From assembly GCA_041572575.1 (NCBI GenBank), contig JBFFSH010000002.1:15973-79972 (forward strand): a stretch of DNA of 64,000 nt, read 5' to 3'. The stretch comes from Thermodesulfobacteriota bacterium (GTDB lineage: Bacteria > Desulfobacterota_D > UBA1144 > Nemesobacterales > N074bin48). Under the pieces are notes generated by a model that did not search any database, was not told where the DNA came from, and worked only from the letters and a program-made list of their open reading frames with translations. This document shows, in pieces, positions 59,468-64,000 of this stretch (its first letter is position 1; every line of letters starts with the position of its first letter). A program made the translations under genes and the position numbers.

Positions 59468-61189
59468 CTAATTATGAAATCTGTTTGTAATGGGAAACCT
59501 TCTATCCTTTCCAAATGCCCTTGGCGTAATCTTAACCCCGGGCGCTGCCTGCCTTCTTTTATACTCATTTATGTCTACAAGTTTTATAACCCTATGTACT
59601 AGTTTTTTATTATATCCAAGCTCAGCAATCTGATCTATGCCAAGATCATCCTCTATATATAATTTAAGGATGGGATCGAGAATATCATACTCGGGAAGAG
59701 AATCAGTATCTTTTTGATCCGGTCTGAGCTCGGCTGAAGGTGGTTTTTCGAGCACGCTCTGTGGGATAATCCTGCTTTTCTTGGACTCATTATAATATTC
59801 ACAAAGCTTATAAACCAGTGTTTTAGGGACATCTTTTATAACGGCAAAGCCGCCTGCCATATCACCATATAAGGTGCTGTAACCAACGCTTGTTTCACTC
59901 TTATTAGCAGTAGTAAGCACAAGCCAGCCGAATTTGTTTGATAGAGCCATGAGGATATTTCCTCTTATCCTTGGCTGCAAATTTTCTTCGGTTATGCCTT
60001 CTGTGGTACCAATGAAAATTTCTGATAGTGATTTATTGTATTGATCGAATAATTTTTTGATAGGCACAGTTAGAGTTTCAATACCCAGGTTATGAGAAAG
60101 CTTCTCGGAATCCGTAATACTGCCCGCCGAACTATATTGTGAGGGCATTAATACTCCCGTAACATTTTTAGCGCCTAGAGCCTCTTTTGCAATAACACAA
60201 ACAAGACTTGAATCTATCCCGCCGCTAAGCCCAATAACTACTTTTTTAAACCCATTTTTATTAATATAATCCTTTGTACCAAGAACAAGCGCTTTGAATA
60301 CTTCTTCATACTGAGAATAAAAAACAGATACTTTATTATTAATATTATTTTGTGTTTTCTTTTTTAATTTGCCGGCTAATTTAACAATATCTACTTGAGA
60401 GACCCTGGATTTATCTTTTAATTTTACTTTATTTTCTCTTAGTCCGGCTATTTGTTTATCATCGATATCTGTAAACAATAGCTGTTCTTTAAATCCTTTT
60501 CCGCGTGAAATAATATTTCCACCGTTATCTATTACACAGCTATGCCCGTCAAAAACAAGCTCATCCTGACCTCCTATGAGGTTGCAAAACACTACATAGC
60601 ATCCATAATCCCTGGCTCTTTCCTGCAGCATCTGCTCCCTGCTCTGCACCTTGGAAGCATAGTATGGGGATGAGGATATGTTTATTACAATATCGGCGCC
60701 GCCGGCTAAAGACTGTGATCTTGTAGGATCGCCCTTGACCCATATATCTTCACAGATATTCACTCCAAACCTTATCTTATCCAATTCATATACCGGCGTT
60801 CTTGAAGCTTTTTTGAAATATCTTTTTTCATCGAAGACTCCATAATTTGGCAGATGGCGTTTGTGGTAAATATCAAGAAGTTTTCCGTTACTCATTATTG
60901 CTGCTGCGTTTAATAGACCATTTCTTCTATCAGCAAATCCTACTATCACGATTATTGATTTTGTATGTTTTGTTATCTCATCAAGCGCCTTAATGTTTTG
61001 TTCAATAAACGACCCGTTTAGGAGCAAATCTTCAGGCGGGTAGCCTGTTATAGAAAGCTCGGGAAAGCAAACTATATCTGCACGGTTAGCCCTGGCCTTT
61101 TTTATAAAATTAATAATCTTTTTCTTGTTGCCGCTTATATCTCCAACGCAAAAATTAAGCTGGCAGGTAGCTATTCTTATTGTTTTCAT
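59468..61189 (-). CDS. nadE: glutamine-dependent NAD+ synthetase
   Basis: N-terminal CN-hydrolase domain (FPELSITGYPPED) plus C-terminal NAD synthetase PP-loop GLSGGIDSSLV. Confidence 0.9.
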   Translation of the reverse strand: MKTIRIATCQLNFCVGDISGNKKKIINFIKKARANRADIVCFPELSITGYPPEDLLLNGSFIEQNIKALDEITKHTKSIIVIVGFADRRNGLLNAAAIMSNGKLLDIYHKRHLPNYGVFDEKRYFKKASRTPVYELDKIRFGVNICEDIWVKGDPTRSQSLAGGADIVINISSSPYYASKVQSREQMLQERARDYGCYVVFCNLIGGQDELVFDGHSCVIDNGGNIISRGKGFKEQLLFTDIDDKQIAGLRENKVKLKDKSRVSQVDIVKLAGKLKKKTQNNINNKVSVFYSQYEEVFKALVLGTKDYINKNGFKKVVIGLSGGIDSSLVCVIAKEALGAKNVTGVLMPSQYSSAGSITDSEKLSHNLGIETLTVPIKKLFDQYNKSLSEIFIGTTEGITEENLQPRIRGNILMALSNKFGWLVLTTANKSETSVGYSTLYGDMAGGFAVIKDVPKTLVYKLCEYYNESKKSRIIPQSVLEKPPSAELRPDQKDTDSLPEYDILDPILKLYIEDDLGIDQIAELGYNKKLVHRVIKLVDINEYKRRQAAPGVKITPRAFGKDRRFPITNRFHN

Positions 61190-61224
61190 AATACAGCAAA
61201 GATATTAACACAAATTTCAGTTTT

Positions 61225-61836
61225 CTAATAAAATACCGAAAAACCGCTGGTGGCTATAAACGCCATGTTGGCCAGGAAATGAAAAATTGTACATTCCCAA
61301 ATAGACTTTGATTTGTAGTATAGATATCCCATTACCAGTGAAGGGAAAAACGTTAGCAGAGCCGTTGCGCAGTGAAGCCCAAAACTTCCTTTTGCAATAC
61401 ATATCGTTAGAAAGTGAGCTAAGGCAAAGAGCGCACTTACTATGATTATGCTTTTTATATTATTTCCTAACTCTTGCTGTAAATAACCCCTAAAAAATGC
61501 TTCTTCTGGAAAAGCTATCACAATCAGATGGATTAGAACTATATTTAATGAAAAATCATTTAAATTAAAAGTGTTTTTGGCAAAGACATAATACAGAAGT
61601 AAATAAAGACCTATAATACTTATAGTTATTATCAGACCTAAAATAAATGGTCTTTGCTCTATTCTAAGATTTAATCCTTTTCCTAGCAAGTAGGGTATCA
61701 ATAAAAATATTGCTGCTGTATAGGTGTGTACATAATTTGGAAAGACCAGTAAAAATACAAAAATTGATGCTATTGATAAGACATAGACAATCAAAGCTTT
61801 GTTAAATTTTCGGATTGAATCTAAAAACATCGTCAA
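61225..61836 (-). CDS. CPBP-family (CAAX/Abi) intramembrane metalloprotease
   Basis: Motif 1 PEEAFFRGY (EExxxR), motif 2 FALAHF (FxxxH), motif 3 FHFLAN (HxxxN). Confidence 0.8.
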   Translation of the reverse strand: MTMFLDSIRKFNKALIVYVLSIASIFVFLLVFPNYVHTYTAAIFLLIPYLLGKGLNLRIEQRPFILGLIITISIIGLYLLLYYVFAKNTFNLNDFSLNIVLIHLIVIAFPEEAFFRGYLQQELGNNIKSIIIVSALFALAHFLTICIAKGSFGLHCATALLTFFPSLVMGYLYYKSKSIWECTIFHFLANMAFIATSGFSVFY

Positions 61837-61943
61837 AATTCCAGGTACAAAGAAGTTTTAATATTTATATATAATTACGATCATATTAACAGAAATACAG
61901 ATTTTCTATAGTTAAATAATTATCAGAGTTGTAAGATTTTAAG

Positions 61944-61988
61944 AAATGTCCGGATCCGAAGGAGGATCTGGATGTGGATCCGGACATT
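61944..61988. repeat. GC-rich perfect 13-bp inverted repeat (AATGTCCGGATCC ... GGATCCGGACATT) with an 18-nt spacer, inside a ~90-bp (GGATCN)-periodic island
   Basis: Read directly from the sequence; six GGATC copies between 61952 and 62033. Confidence 0.7.
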
Positions 61989-62160
61989 CATCCTTTACGG
62001 GAGATGGATCGGGATCAAGACCCTGAGAGGATCTTATTTTTATATTAAATACTAATATTTCTCACTACTACTTAAGTCTTGTTATACTGCATATGTAGAT
62101 AGGTTGTCAAGTAATAATTTGTTGGATTAATAATGTAATAAGTCTAGTATAAAAACAAAA

Positions 62161-62196
62161 AAAGGGAGACTTGAACCTAAATTCAAGTCTCCCTTT
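62161..62196 (-). terminator. intrinsic terminator of the Cys-rich protein gene
   Basis: Perfect 15-bp stem AAAGGGAGACTTGAA / TTCAAGTCTCCCTTT with a 6-nt loop, followed on the minus strand by TTTTTTGTTTTT. Confidence 0.8.
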
Positions 62197-62226
62197 GGGT
62201 TATTTAAAAACCTTATTTTCTATATG

Positions 62227-62829
62227 TTAGCTAAGTTCTGAATCCTTTTTTGATCTCATACTTATTACAGCAAAGATTCCAAGAACTATAGTTGCTAATA
62301 ACATACCCCATTGTCCCATTGTAGGAATTATAACTGATGATTGTTCACATTCTGGAGCGATACTTTCATCGAAAACAGAAGTACAAAAACTCTCATCAAC
62401 ACATGTATCAATAGTACATAGTTCAAGATCGTCACAATCATCATTAGTAGTACAAACTGGAGCTGGTGGTGTTGGTGTAATACTTGGATCAGGTGTTGGT
62501 GTTGGTGGTGGCGCATCACCACATACACCTCTATTATTTGCTATCTGCGTACAAAAATCTCCTTCAATATAACAATTAACTCTCTCTTTGTTTGGCCCAC
62601 CGCAAATATCGTCGCCTGGATTTATTGTCCCATTACATTGAGTAATACTTGTGCCATCATTCTGACAGGATGAACCTATAGGCCCACAGCTTGGGCTGCA
62701 CTGACCGCCGTTAGTTATACAACAGCCTGGTGCTAGTCCAGCAGATGCTGTTTGTGGTGACGATAGTAAAAATAAGCCAAACAATAATACTGTAGGTACA
62801 ATCAAACCTAAACTATACTTTGATAACAT
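62227..62829 (-). CDS. secreted cysteine-rich protein with a Pro/Thr linker and an IPTL-CTERM-like C-terminal sorting signal
   Basis: Signal peptide; ~25 Cys in two blocks including CTTNDDCDDLELCTIDTC; C-terminus IPTMGQWGMLLATIVLGIFAVISMRSKKD (IPTx motif plus TM plus basic tail); strong RBS AAGGAGGG. Confidence 0.7.
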   Translation of the reverse strand: MLSKYSLGLIVPTVLLFGLFLLSSPQTASAGLAPGCCITNGGQCSPSCGPIGSSCQNDGTSITQCNGTINPGDDICGGPNKERVNCYIEGDFCTQIANNRGVCGDAPPPTPTPDPSITPTPPAPVCTTNDDCDDLELCTIDTCVDESFCTSVFDESIAPECEQSSVIIPTMGQWGMLLATIVLGIFAVISMRSKKDSELS

Positions 62830-62869
62830 AATCTAACCCTCCTTAATCTTGATAAATCAATATTTTCTA

Positions 62870-62975
62870 TAAATCTATCATTCGGCAACCGGTCGACCAT
62901 AGGTTAGTCTATTTCGTTTTCCCCTTAGGCACTTGGCTTTGTGCCCCACCCTTTCGGAATAATTTACCATTTATC
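62870..62975 (-). promoter_or_regulatory. candidate c-di-GMP-I (GEMM) riboswitch in the 5' leader of the Cys-rich protein gene
   Basis: Minus-strand RNA GGUAAAUUAUUCCGAAAGGGUGGGGCACAAAGCCAAGUGCCUAAGGGG...CCUAUGG aligns closely with V. cholerae Vc2 GGCAAACCAUUCGAAAGAGUGGGACGCAAAGCCUCCGGCCUAAACC; GAAA tetraloop in the first hairpin plus the 11-nt tetraloop receptor CCUAAG/UAUGG in the second. Confidence 0.6.
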
Positions 62976-63268
62976 GTGCAGTATTACTTTAGTTGTATTA
63001 TAAAATAGATTTCCAATCATTGTCAAGCGATTTATATTAAAAAAACGTGTTTTTATCACAAAAATCACATTACATAAAATAGCTATAATATATATCTTGA
63101 TATTTATATTCAATGTATAATATTAAATATGGCGCTCAATTTCCTTAAAACCTTCAAGTTAATGTAGAATACCTCTCATTCTCCTTAAGATTATTCTCTA
63201 ATCCCATAATTTGGGTTCTAAATATCGTTTGAAAGATTTCAATAAATCCTTAATTTTTGAGATTATTA

Positions 63269-63904
63269 CTATTTTTTAAAGACAAATCTTTTATAACCGT
63301 AAAAATCCCAGATTATATTAAATATAGTAGATGAAAGAACACCAACATTAGCCCAAAGCTTAGTAGAAATACCCCACTGGGGCCCTATATAATTAACCAC
63401 AAAGCTTGCCACAGACACATTTATAATAAGTCCAACTAATGAAACAGCTATGAATATGACAAACTGCCTGCCCATCCCGTCTTTTTCTTTGCTGTCAAAA
63501 GACCAGAATTTATTCCACATAAAACTGTTTACCACTGCAAAAATAAAAGATGTTGCCTTAAAAAGTGAATAGTAAAGCCCACTGTCTATATCAGTTATGA
63601 GTATAAGGAGGTTGAGGATACCTATATCTATTGCGGCATTTGACTGGCCAACGGCAATAAACTTGCCAAACTGCATCGCTGTGGGCCATTTTGAGGCAAA
63701 AAAGTAGAAACCATAAACCCAGACAGCCAGGCACGAACATACAAAAAGAATTACCAGATACCAATGATCTACCAAAGACAATATTAATGAGTGCTCTTGC
63801 TGCAGATTTTTTAGTATCGTTACTAAAAATATTCCGGAAATTAGTCCAAGGATGATGCTCTTTATAAATTCGGATTTATTATATAGAGGTGTGTATTTAT
63901 TCAT
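63269..63904 (-). CDS. GtrA-family membrane protein
   Basis: KFIAVGQSNAAIDIGILNLLI, NSFMWNKFWSF, WDFYGYKRFVF GtrA motifs; 4 TM. Confidence 0.65.
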   Translation of the reverse strand: MNKYTPLYNKSEFIKSIILGLISGIFLVTILKNLQQEHSLILSLVDHWYLVILFVCSCLAVWVYGFYFFASKWPTAMQFGKFIAVGQSNAAIDIGILNLLILITDIDSGLYYSLFKATSFIFAVVNSFMWNKFWSFDSKEKDGMGRQFVIFIAVSLVGLIINVSVASFVVNYIGPQWGISTKLWANVGVLSSTIFNIIWDFYGYKRFVFKK

Positions 63905-64000
63905 AATCAGTTTTTATAAAAAAATATGAATATACGGATCTAATAGTAATAAAGTAAAAAGTTGGTTTTACCGTAAATCAGTATGAATCAATATGACAAT

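Noticed and set aside
63030-63070. TTTTATCAC direct repeat downstream of the GtrA gene
   Set aside because: Short, imperfect, AT-rich; indistinguishable from background in this AT-rich genome.
1-64000. CRISPR arrays, IS elements, integrases, prophage genes
   Set aside because: No regularly spaced direct repeats, no transposase/integrase-like ORFs and no terminal inverted repeats were seen. The only accessory-type module is the VapBC pair.

Overview
This is an AT-rich bacterial chromosomal segment with a diderm-type gene content (MlaE, SPOR, LolD/MacB-like ABC, Tat, type IV pili). I read about 60 protein genes, one tRNA-Met(CAU), RNase P RNA, several intrinsic terminators and a sigma-54 promoter. 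Housekeeping genes dominate: metG, holB, tmk, tilS, pheT-ihfA, gltX, coaE, prfA, zapB/zapA, rny, rnhA, tyrS, nadE, pyrE, rpsU and glsA.

Other blocks:
- a cysP(PiT)-sat-cysH sulfate assimilation operon with a divergent orphan sigma-54 activator
- a three-gene biotin-dependent acyl-CoA carboxylase cluster, plus a methylmalonyl-CoA epimerase elsewhere
- an att-like ABC/lipocalin operon
- a Phd/VapC toxin-antitoxin pair
- a pilV-pilW-pilX-pilY1-fimT-like minor-pilin operon behind a sigma-54 promoter

In the pilus operon, pilV carries an in-frame TAA, pilW a frameshift, and PilY1 is a giant cysteine-rich protein of 1887 aa.

The most interesting locus is at 61.2-63.0 kb. A candidate c-di-GMP-I (GEMM) riboswitch has a GAAA tetraloop and an 11-nt tetraloop-receptor motif. 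It precedes a secreted cysteine-rich protein with an IPTL-CTERM-like C-terminal sorting signal. A CPBP (CAAX) intramembrane protease sits next door as a candidate cognate sorting enzyme. Between them is a GC-rich palindrome/GGATCN-repeat island.

I found no CRISPR array, transposase or integrase.
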